42,511 nt of DNA from an uncultured Cytophagia bacterium (lineage in GTDB: Bacteria > Zhuqueibacterota > Zhuqueibacteria > Residuimicrobiales > Krinioviventaceae): the NCBI GenBank assembly GCA_964432185.1, contig CAYSNA010000002.1:1-42511 (forward strand), in the 5' to 3' direction. The notes under the pieces are model-generated. The model worked only from the letters and a program-made list of their open reading frames with translations, was not told the origin of the DNA and did not search any database. The translations under genes and the position numbers were made by a program. The stretch's first letter is position 1; every line of letters begins with the position of its first letter. This document shows, piece by piece, positions 28,701 through 35,485 of the stretch.

Positions 28701-29033
28701 ATATCGCGGCACGCGATAATGCACCTCGCCGATTGTTTCCGTAAAATTGATATTCTTGCCAGTGGAATCCATTTCCACGGTTCTTTTCAAACCGGGAATT
28801 CGACTTTCTACAATGGAGGAACGTACGCCATCCTTATGGAAACCGAGAAATTCCGCTTTATCCTCCAGACTGACACGGGGATCACCGCCGTAGGAACCAG
28901 TCTGGATGCCAATATAAAACGGTTTGGGTGCACCGCTCTGACCTCCGTCTTGCGCGTAAAGCGGCCCGAGGAGAAAAACAAAAAAAACGAGAAAACCAAA
29001 AGATTTTGTTATGTGATTTTTAAAGTGAGCCAT
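22791..29033 (-). CDS. sprA: T9SS outer-membrane translocon SprA (Sov)
   Basis: About 2080 aa with signal peptide ...FLLGPLYA|QDGG. Giant beta-barrel-like composition throughout, with a C-terminal strand pattern. The size and T9SS context are typical of SprA. I prefer the ATG at 29033; the track starts at the TTG at 29036. Confidence 0.88.
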   Translation of the reverse strand: MAHFKNHITKSFGFLVFFVFLLGPLYAQDGGQSGAPKPFYIGIQTGSYGGDPRVSLEDKAEFLGFHKDGVRSSIVESRIPGLKRTVEMDSTGKNINFTETIGEVHYRVPRYISLNDYVESRRRMYMREKFVQTTVARLGDSFSSTAGGGAIRIDIPVEIKSKAFQKIFGGGTVGLDVSGDISIKGGFRNEKRSQVKTALNRGSDNSFKMEQTQRFNVSGHVGEKVTIKVDQDSERTFDFENNINLEYQGYEDEIIQTIQAGNISLSLPGTRFVTSGSGSAGLFGIKTSAQIGNLKIVAVASQEKGEKKKLSLKGGASDETKEIDITRPKRGVYYFLDEYYRNQYIDRDEISGNPIVSYDRWLDKIEVYKAAPNYQQEAESIRGYAFVPSEDEKDVQILIEPDTSDIDNVTLYRGYFVRLEKDEYFVHDQMGYIQLNNALQDGEVLAVAYSDSGGRVRGMVDYENTKDDIIYLRMLRTKDPRPSNPTWPLEWQNVYALGGRNISQDGFEFRIYYKPPSGDPQETVTDAQGNKLSWLQAFGFDKSDESGGANPDNVIDNNPWVINYARGEIYFPHLRPFDPADPKLRALLYSNDPNLNKLAPAIYDTTVQQVKDKQAKFIMEVKSQNKSAEYSLGMNVIEGSEEVTLNGRTLTKDVDYTIDYMFGRLVILNEQALAANASLDISYESNQLFQIDKKTVMGIRGEYGLWDDSFIGATFMYLNESTLDQKIRVGKGPMRNMIWDVNTSLSAKPFFLTKAANFLPFVDTRQPSTIKFEGEIAQILPNPNTRNNEKTGDNNGVAYIDDFEASKRITPLPIIRRGWNFSSPPLAKYPTKNYEDLSDRGWMNYHNPYTQYPIRFIKPNQDLNSNVAQTTNILKMRFIPSEGSARPEDSWFGIQRALSSGYSNQTEAKYIEIWINSSPGLAADMHIDLGQVSEDIIPNKKLDTEDQMKNQIRNNLLDDGEDIGLDGMSNDDPRAIAAGGDFWDIDGDGQKDPGEPYSLDDWQYNPTKASETYEKVNGTEGNENDSGGRIPDTEDMNGNGDVDLANDYFHFKVSLDRSHPDYEKYVIGESIDNETGEDYGWRLYQIPLNEFVEVIGSPSLDLVEYIRVWFDNMGPAPTDSSGLKGHKIWIAEINLVGSDWKEQGVATLENPEDYVKQDSTFVLSVVNTHDNPSYRPPPGVEGEVDRITRVVAKEQALVMRVNQLMPGNNAKAQKAFYDPQDYINYKTLKMFVYGEDPAATHIREDESDIEFFFRFGADENNYYEVRQPVRQGWRGNNIEIDLIAMTQVKETQQAIIDSVNNVEWHILEDPPGTQPGTVWRVRGKPALRNIKMLEAGVLNKNETIPFTGEVWMNELRLSNVKKDKGIAMRARLDFAWADLIRLNGEINRKDADFHNVAERFGTGDNEFSGNFGGSIAVDKFLPSKLGLSIPVSMNYSTSESMPKYLPGSDIEVTDEFLKNEKAKGRDIEEEIKNYSEKKGYSVSFGFNTKSQNFFVKNILSPFKASYSQNETNASNSRLSTNSSLSQSGNMSWNLVFGRENFVRPFSWLEQSRLFAKASDIKLYYTPQNISTQIAGTRNESLSVTRKDTLETPNKAFKITRGVSSTMKILESLSLDMSRNYTNDMRDVPDSLVWNRLKEFDFGELTNIDQNTGLKYNPKLFSFLTTNFNYSVQFRYAFNRTQKVAAKSANQGRTLTANGNLNMKTLMKTIYKPKRGTTAAGGRRSTPDRTRPSQDNGEKKEEEKSGFSIPIMGIVTGFVDVFDPFSVKYSARDNVTTYGLTDIPGFAYQIGLTDSVDVPLEIAEEGGGTSTMRNSRSENETFGVSSGIKIGRAVSLGFQYDESYQLNQSTTTTGQRSKSWMIMEGDSTKPNGLAFPTWNLRVSGIEKLPFLKDWFTTISLDHGRAGNSVKTFTVEDGMQVPTKDDKTSQFRPLIGVSFKMKNGINFSVSYNTSNKETITLTSGQAGTRTSSRDLTVDASYSKKGDFRIPLPFLGRKRLQNAIDFKISFTLGDNITEKSKGQGYEISAETSKWILKPTVDYSFSNRVRGGTYFEIGKTHNKLIGDTSFKEFGINVNISIRGN

Positions 29034-29725
29034 CAAGACTTGTTGTTAAGGCATCCTTTTGCGGCGCGCGTCAACAGAACATGTCTGTGCGGCGCATGAA
29101 TTCGTATCAATAAAGTCTCTATAGGCTCCTCCGGTTTCGTCACGTAGTTCGAGGGGGATTCAGTTTTTTTCATGACCATGCAAAAATTCACAAAGTAAAT
29201 TTAGCAAAAACACGTAAAATTTCAACAGAAACATATGAGAGCGCTAAAAAAGCCATTGGAACTGCATCGACAAATTTTTATATTTTAAAGCCTTGCGCCA
29301 ATTAAAAGTTCCAAATTTCTTTTGGATTTTGAAATTTATTCACACTTTTTGGCGCCGCGCGTCCACCTCCGGCACAGGATAAATCGTGCAGGAGTCAGGA
29401 AAAATGCACCAGCGTTAAAAATGTTTATCCGCGTGAACGCGGAAATTCCGCCTCACGTTTGCGTGTCGTTCTTTTGATTTTTCGTTTTTGTCTTAAAAGC
29501 CAGATAGCCATGATTTTATATTTGACTCATAATCGTCGCACAGTCCAACTAATTGCGAATTGGATGATGCTTACATGACTATTTAACCCACGGAGAGCGC
29601 GACGGTTCGCCGGGACATAAAATGAAATTGTCCAATTTTGGTGTTTCATATACTTTTTTAATGGCGTTCGTTGTGTTCGCTGAACCATTTGCATAATCTG
29701 CTATATTAAAAAATAGAAAGCACTC

Positions 29726-31111
29726 ATGTTCATTCTGTGGCGATATATTTTAAAGGAACACATCGGGCCGTTTTTTTTCGGCTTGTCGATCATTACGCTG
29801 GTCTTTTTATTGAATATCATTTTTCGTGAATTGGGCCGCATCCTGAGCCGTGGTCTGGAAGCGGGCATCATTGCGGAATTCTTTTTTCTCAACATGGCGT
29901 GGATTTTGGCTCTGGCCATTCCGATGGCCGTGCTCATCTCAACGCTCATGGCATTTGGCCGGCTTTCCGGCGATGGTGAAATCACCGCCATGAAAGCCGG
30001 CGGCGTCAGTATTTTGAACATCATGACGCCGGTATTTTTCGCCTCGATCGGGCTGGCGATTTTTCTCATCTGGTTCAACAATAACGTATTGCCGGATGCC
30101 AATTACCGCACCAAATTGCTCGCATCTGATATTTTCCGCAAACGCCCCACGCTCAATATCGAGCCCGGCGTTATGTACAATGATATTCAAGACTATAGCA
30201 TCATCGTGCAGGAACTGGAGTCCATTGGCGACACCTCGTATGTTCGCAACATCAGTATCGAGGATAACAGCGATCCGAACACCAGCACATTCATTCGCGC
30301 CAAGCGCGGTAAAATTTTTCTTGAACAATCGAGCGGCATTCTTTACTTGATGTTGTATGAAGGCTACATGCATGAGCTGGACCTGGAAGAGATGCGGCAA
30401 TACAACACGGTCAACTTTCCGCGGCAAATCGTGTCCATTTCAGTGCCGGATATGGTGATGACGCGTACCGAAGAGGGCTATCGCGGCGACCGTGAAAAAA
30501 GCTCGGAGATGATGCTCGCCGAGGTCAATGTCAATTTGGTTGATATTCAGGAGCGCAATACTCAAGCGAGCCAACTCATTCGGGGGTATTTTGCAAAATA
30601 CCTGCCGGAGAAAACGCGCGAGGATTCCTCGCAGACGGCGATTATGGAGCTCGGCAGCAAACAAATGTACCAGGCCGAGCGTATTCGTTCCGACAACATT
30701 CGACTAAAAAATCAGGTAAAAAGCGAGTTATCATCACTTAAAGCATTGGACAAAGAAAACTGGCGGCTATTGGTTGAAGTGCACAAAAAATATTCCATAC
30801 CGGTGGCGTGTATTGTTTTTGTGCTGGTTGGGGCGCCGCTCGGCATCATGGCGCGGCGCGGCAGCATGGCCGTGGCCGGCGGCATCGGCTTTGCCTTTTT
30901 CCTGCTCTACTGGTCCAGTCTCATTGGCGGCGAGGAGCTCGCCGACAATCAGTTCATCAGCCCGTTTTGGGCCATGTGGTCGGCCAATATTATTTGCGGC
31001 GCCGGCGGCGTCTATCTCATTTTCCACTCAATTCACGAAGCCACCTTTATCCACTGGGACCGGCTCAGCGCCCTGATCAATTTTTTTCGCCCCCGGAGAA
31101 ATTTAAGCTAA
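29726..31111 (+). CDS. lptF: LptF/LptG (YjgP/YjgQ) family LPS export permease, LptF-like with an enlarged periplasmic domain
   Basis: 461 aa. The N-terminus MFILWRYILKEHIGPFFFGLSIITLVFLL is the family signature. There are three TM segments, a large periplasmic insert, then three more TM segments. Confidence 0.8.
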   Translation: MFILWRYILKEHIGPFFFGLSIITLVFLLNIIFRELGRILSRGLEAGIIAEFFFLNMAWILALAIPMAVLISTLMAFGRLSGDGEITAMKAGGVSILNIMTPVFFASIGLAIFLIWFNNNVLPDANYRTKLLASDIFRKRPTLNIEPGVMYNDIQDYSIIVQELESIGDTSYVRNISIEDNSDPNTSTFIRAKRGKIFLEQSSGILYLMLYEGYMHELDLEEMRQYNTVNFPRQIVSISVPDMVMTRTEEGYRGDREKSSEMMLAEVNVNLVDIQERNTQASQLIRGYFAKYLPEKTREDSSQTAIMELGSKQMYQAERIRSDNIRLKNQVKSELSSLKALDKENWRLLVEVHKKYSIPVACIVFVLVGAPLGIMARRGSMAVAGGIGFAFFLLYWSSLIGGEELADNQFISPFWAMWSANIICGAGGVYLIFHSIHEATFIHWDRLSALINFFRPRRNLS

Positions 31112-32185
31112 ATGCTCATTTTAGACCGATACATTTCCCGCAAGTTTACAATGATTCTGCTGTTCGCCATCGTCGGCTTTTTATCCATATTTGTCATTGT
31201 CGATCTCATCGAAAATCTTGATCGTTTCATCGACAATAATTATCCCACGCCAACGGTCGTTGAATATTATCTGAATTACATACCGTTCATTCTGGTGCTG
31301 GTTTTGCCGGTGGCCATGTTAATTTCCGCCCTGTTCAGCGTTGGCGGTATGGCGCGGCAAAATGAAATTGTGGCGATGAAAGCAGCCGGGATGTCGTTGT
31401 ACCGAATCTTTCTGCCGCTGTTTATCATCGCCCTGCTGGTCAGTCTCGCGGCCATCGGCATTGCCAATTATCTGGTGCCGCGTACGTCGGAGCGCATGAC
31501 CGATTTGAAAGAACAGTACGAAGACAAAAAACCGCGAAATATGCGCCTGGAAAATGTATACATCCGCGATGAGCAGGATCGTCGAATTACCATCCGCTAT
31601 TACAACGTCGCGCGCCAATCCGGCAACACCATCAGTATTCGTTCCTTTGTCGGCGATACGCTGGTGGGCCGTATCGATGCGAAAAAAATAACCTGGCAGG
31701 ACAGTGTATGGATTCTCGAAACGGGGTATGAGCGGCATTTTTCCAAGGATGGCGAAAGCGCTGTGGCGTTTGACAATCGGACCTTTCGCAATTCAACCTT
31801 TTTGCCGGACAATATTGCCAAACAGCTCAAAATTCCGGAAGAGATGTCTTATGCCGAATTAAAAGATTTTATTCGCGAGGTCGAGCGTAACGGCGCCGAT
31901 CCGGACCGCTGGCGCGTGGACCTGTATTTAAAAATCTCGCTGCCGTTCGCCAATTTTATTCTCGTTTTATTCGGATTGCCTTTTTCCGCATCGCAAACAC
32001 GGCGCAGCGGCGCCGCCAAAGGCTTTGGCATCAGCCTGGCCGTGACGTTCATCTATTTTGGCATGCTAAAGACAACGCAGGCCATGGGACATAACGGCAA
32101 GATCGAACCGATGCTCGCGGCATGGTTCGCCAATATCGCCTTTGGCCTGATCGGTGCGTACGTGCTGTTAAAGACGAGAAAATAA
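31112..32185 (+). CDS. lptG: LptF/LptG family LPS export permease, LptG-like
   Basis: 357 aa. MLILDRYISRKFTMILLFAIVGFLSIFVIVDLIENL is the typical N-terminus. It starts immediately after the lptF stop. Confidence 0.8.
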   Translation: MLILDRYISRKFTMILLFAIVGFLSIFVIVDLIENLDRFIDNNYPTPTVVEYYLNYIPFILVLVLPVAMLISALFSVGGMARQNEIVAMKAAGMSLYRIFLPLFIIALLVSLAAIGIANYLVPRTSERMTDLKEQYEDKKPRNMRLENVYIRDEQDRRITIRYYNVARQSGNTISIRSFVGDTLVGRIDAKKITWQDSVWILETGYERHFSKDGESAVAFDNRTFRNSTFLPDNIAKQLKIPEEMSYAELKDFIREVERNGADPDRWRVDLYLKISLPFANFILVLFGLPFSASQTRRSGAAKGFGISLAVTFIYFGMLKTTQAMGHNGKIEPMLAAWFANIAFGLIGAYVLLKTRK

Positions 32186-32190
32186 ATATA

Positions 32191-32242
32191 AAACGGCATA
32201 ACTAAAATTCTCAAAACCCGGCGAGAATTGATTGTGCCGTTT
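32191..32242. terminator. Nested imperfect hairpin between convergent lptG and the 343-aa gene
   Basis: The outer stem pairs AAACGGCA (32191-98) with TGCCGTTT (32235-42). The inner stem pairs AATTCTC (32206-12) with GAGAATT (32223-29). Confidence 0.35.
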
Positions 32243-32254
32243 CCGCAAAACAAC

Positions 32255-33286
32255 TCACCCCTTGTCCTCAAGCAACCGCATAATTTTGTCGCGCAGCCCC
32301 GCCGAACGCTTTGCGCGCGTCGAATCGCTGAGATTTTGGCGGCCGTATTCCGTTTCATATAATACGGCCTGCAAATATCGAACGATCTCATCCTCACTTA
32401 TTCTGCTTTCATAACGATAGACACGATTTCGCCGGTTCTTGGCGCTCATCTCAACCTGGCCCAAAGGAAAACTGAAAAGATTCTGCGGCGAAATGATCTC
32501 CTTTTTCACCAAACCCTTATCCTCAAGTTTTTGCATAACGATGGTCAAATCCGCGGCGGTCATTTTTATGGAGGAATCGAGCGCGGCGTAAATTTCCACA
32601 TCCGTGGCGCTTGACGTTTCCCAGATGCGCTGCAACACCTGTATTTCGGTCTCGCTCGGCACAAAATCGAGATGAACCGGCTTTTGTTCTTTTTTCTTAT
32701 TGAAATAGTCGGACAAATATTTGGCGCCCTGACCGACAGCCTGACCGATCGGCAGGGTCGGCGTATGGCCCATATTTTTTTGATACAACTCCCGATTCAC
32801 CCGATCATCCAGTGGTCCGGGATTGATGTTGAATTGCAGCGAATCGCGAAAATCCGCGAATTGCGGGCCGCCGAGATGAAAAAGAACGGTGTCCGAAGAG
32901 TCCGGTTCAAAAGTTTCTAACGGCTGTTTGTACGAAAGCGTCGGTGACGTGGTAAAAAAAGAGGTGCGATCAAACTTTTGCACCGAATCGGTTTGCACGC
33001 TGTCCAGTGCAACAACGTCGTTAGGAACGGGCACGTCTTCCACCGATTCCGGGATATCGACAGTCGGCACGGCGTTGTCAACAACAGGCTCTTCCGGCGG
33101 CAGCTGCGGCTCTGCCTGAGGTAACGGTGGCGGCGGCAGCTGAATATATATCTCCGTCGTTTTCGCCGGCTCGCTCGACAATCTTATCAGCAGCAAAATG
33201 GCGAGAACGCATACATGAGCGACCAGCGAATAAAAAATCGCCTGAAATGATATTTTCTTTAAAGCCTTGAGCACTATAGATCCCAA
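32255..33286 (-). CDS. Membrane-anchored protein: TonB-like N-terminus (SxxxH TM helix plus Pro-rich linker) fused to a BlaI/MecI/CopY-like winged-helix C-terminal domain
   Basis: The TM helix is AIFYSLVAHVCVLAILLLI and contains S-L-V-A-H. The linker is QLPPPPLPQAEPQLPPEEPVV. The C-terminus SETEIQVLQRIWETSSATDVEIYAAL...TAADLTIVMQKLEDKGLVKKE...RVYRYESRISEDE resembles penicillinase-repressor-type wHTH. The start is uncertain: TTG at 33286 or GTG at 33274. Confidence 0.55.
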   Translation of the reverse strand: MGSIVLKALKKISFQAIFYSLVAHVCVLAILLLIRLSSEPAKTTEIYIQLPPPPLPQAEPQLPPEEPVVDNAVPTVDIPESVEDVPVPNDVVALDSVQTDSVQKFDRTSFFTTSPTLSYKQPLETFEPDSSDTVLFHLGGPQFADFRDSLQFNINPGPLDDRVNRELYQKNMGHTPTLPIGQAVGQGAKYLSDYFNKKKEQKPVHLDFVPSETEIQVLQRIWETSSATDVEIYAALDSSIKMTAADLTIVMQKLEDKGLVKKEIISPQNLFSFPLGQVEMSAKNRRNRVYRYESRISEDEIVRYLQAVLYETEYGRQNLSDSTRAKRSAGLRDKIMRLLEDKG

Positions 33287-33551
33287 TTAGAGTTAACACT
33301 CATACGCGGCAACGCCCGGTCTGTTCCGCTATTGATCTGCAGCTCACAATCCGCATCTGTCGCAATAACCAGCCACCTTTTTTTGACGTTCTCATGCCAT
33401 TTCGAGTCTACGTAAAATTTTCAGTTTGATAGATTATTTTACACAGAAAACAGCATCAGCAGCTGACAATTTCATACATTCCAAACGAAATAATTCGATG
33501 GGCGTGGTGGTTAATATTTTCCATCTTGTTGAGAACAAAAATGGAGATACT

Positions 33552-34412
33552 ATGAAAAGACGTGAATTTTTAAAATACAGTGCGGCAGCCGCCGGCGCAA
33601 CTATGCTTCCATTATCGTCACTTTTGGCGACTGAAGCAAAGAAAAAATACGCCAATGATATTGTAACACTCGGCAATACCGGCATCAAGGCGTCGCGGTT
33701 GGCCATGGGCACGGGCACCCACGGCGTCAATCGACGTTCGAACCAGACTCGCAAGCTCGGCATTCAAGGTGTAGCCGATTTATTGTACGCGGCGTACGAG
33801 CAGGGCATCAATTTTTGGGATTCGGCTGACCAGTACGGCACGCATCCGCATTTGAAAGAAGCGCTCAAACGGGTGCCACGGGACAAGGTTGTGATTTTGA
33901 CGAAAACGCATGCCACCACGGCTCAGGAAATGCGCGCCGATATCGATCGATTCCGCCAGGAACTCGGCACCGATTATCTTGATATCGTGTTGCTGCATTT
34001 TATGACCGATCCCAATTGGCCGACGATCAAAGAGGAAGGCATGCAGGAACTCGCAAAAATGCGCGAGGAGGGCATTGTGCGCGCGCATGGCGTTTCCTGC
34101 CATACGCTTGGCGCCCTCGAAGCGGCGGCCAACTCGGATTGGGTGCAGGTGGATTTGGCGCGTATCAATCCCTACGGCGCCAGAATGGATGATACGGTCG
34201 ACAAGGTCGTGCCGATTTTGAAAAAAATGTTTGATCAGGGCAAGAGCGTCCTCGGCATGAAAATTTTTGGCGCGGGTGATTTGCGCGACAAAACAGATGA
34301 ATGCCTGCGCTATGTCCTCAATCAAGAGTATGTGGATGCGTTCACCATTGGCCAGGAAAATCAGGATGAAATGCGTGATCTTGTCAAACGCATACCGGCC
34401 ATGAGCATCTAA
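33552..34412 (+). CDS. Aldo/keto reductase with a twin-arginine (Tat) signal peptide
   Basis: MKRREFLKYSAAAAGATMLPLSSLLA is Tat-like. The AKR catalytic context is present: FWDSADQYG (Asp/Tyr), ILTKTH (Lys) and VLLHFM (His). The ATG at 33552 follows GGAGA. The track start at 33426 adds an implausible 42-aa leader. Confidence 0.85.
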   Translation: MKRREFLKYSAAAAGATMLPLSSLLATEAKKKYANDIVTLGNTGIKASRLAMGTGTHGVNRRSNQTRKLGIQGVADLLYAAYEQGINFWDSADQYGTHPHLKEALKRVPRDKVVILTKTHATTAQEMRADIDRFRQELGTDYLDIVLLHFMTDPNWPTIKEEGMQELAKMREEGIVRAHGVSCHTLGALEAAANSDWVQVDLARINPYGARMDDTVDKVVPILKKMFDQGKSVLGMKIFGAGDLRDKTDECLRYVLNQEYVDAFTIGQENQDEMRDLVKRIPAMSI

Positions 34413-34437
34413 GAACATTAACAACAACGAATTTCAA

Positions 34438-34475
34438 ATGACGAATGCGGGGCGGCGTTCGTCATTTTTTATTTT
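34438..34475 (+). terminator. Rho-independent terminator after the aldo/keto reductase gene
   Basis: ATGACGAA (34438-45) pairs with TTCGTCAT (34458-65) around a 12-nt GC-rich loop. TTTTTTATTTT follows. Confidence 0.65.
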
Positions 34476-34484
34476 GGATGAACC

Positions 34485-35189
34485 ATGAAAACAATTTTAC
34501 ATAAAGCACATGATCGCGGTTATTTTGATCATGGATGGCTGAAAACCTCCCATTCCTTCAGCTTTGGACATTATTATGATCCCGAAAAAATGCACTTTGG
34601 ACGGTTGCGCGTTTTAAATGACGATGTCGTTGCGCCACGCCGCGGTTTTGGAACGCACCCGCATGACAATATGGAAATCGTGTCGATCCCGCTCAGCGGC
34701 GCCCTGGCGCACAAAGACAGCGCCGGCCATGAGCAGGTTATTTATCCCAATGACGTGCAGGTCATGTCCGCCGGCACCGGCCTCTTCCATTCGGAGTACA
34801 ATCATTCCGAAACGGATGAAGCCGCGTTTTTGCAGGTTTGGGTGATGCCTGATGAACGCGGCCACTCAGCGCGTTACGATCAAAAAACCTTTGATCCGGC
34901 TGAACGGGAGAATCAGTTTCAAGTCTTAGTGTCGCCGGACCAGAACGGCTTGTGGTTACATCAAAACGTTTGGTTTTCGAGAGTCGCGCTCGCAGCAGGC
35001 CGGACATTGACTTATGCGCTGCACGGCGACCAAAATGGCGTTTATGTTTTTCTTCTTGATGGCGAGATAACAATCGCTGAAACACAACTGCTGAGGCGGG
35101 ATGCGATGGGGATTTGGGACGTGTCGGACGTGTCGTTATTTGCCGCACAGGATTCGGACGTCCTGGTCATTGAAATACCGATGGACTGA
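34485..35189 (+). CDS. Pirin family protein (YhhW/quercetinase-like bicupin)
   Basis: 234 aa. RGFGTHPHDNMEIVSIPLSGALAHKDSAGH...VQVMSAGTGLFHSEYN are the classic pirin metal-site motifs. Confidence 0.9.
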   Translation: MKTILHKAHDRGYFDHGWLKTSHSFSFGHYYDPEKMHFGRLRVLNDDVVAPRRGFGTHPHDNMEIVSIPLSGALAHKDSAGHEQVIYPNDVQVMSAGTGLFHSEYNHSETDEAAFLQVWVMPDERGHSARYDQKTFDPAERENQFQVLVSPDQNGLWLHQNVWFSRVALAAGRTLTYALHGDQNGVYVFLLDGEITIAETQLLRRDAMGIWDVSDVSLFAAQDSDVLVIEIPMD

Positions 35190-35193
35190 AATA

Positions 35194-35223
35194 CGTGTCG
35201 TACACCTAGGGGTGTACGACACG
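35194..35223. terminator. Bidirectional terminator between convergent pirin and cargo genes
   Basis: CGTGTCGTACACC-TAGG-GGTGTACGACACG is a perfect 13-bp stem. ATTTGTT follows on the plus strand. Confidence 0.7.
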
Positions 35224-35233
35224 ATTTGTTAAC

Positions 35234-35485
35234 CTATTTCAAAACCACACATTTTTTCGTGGCGGTGAAATTGTTTTGTTGCAGCGTATAGTAGTAAATA
35301 CCGGAGGGCAGGTCATTCACGTTCAACGTGACATGATGCGTTCGCGCCTGCATTTGGCCGTTCACTAATGTCGCCACTTCAGCGCCCAGCGTATTGTAGA
35401 CTTTGAGCATTGTGTTGGCCGTTTCCGGCAGGTTGAAAGAAATAGTGGTCGTCGGGTTGAACGGATTCGGGTAATTTTGTTGCAA
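35234..35485 (-). other. T9SS type-A C-terminal sorting-domain coding segment
   Basis: NYPNPFNPTTTISFNLPETANTMLKVYNTLGAEVATL...LPSGIYYYTL...KCVVLK. Confidence 0.8.

Noticed and set aside
33426-33551. The N-terminal 42-aa extension of the aldo/keto reductase given in the ORF track.
   Set aside because: The extension precedes a perfect Tat leader that begins at an ATG with its own GGAGA RBS at 33552. The upstream part is more likely 5' UTR or divergent promoter space.
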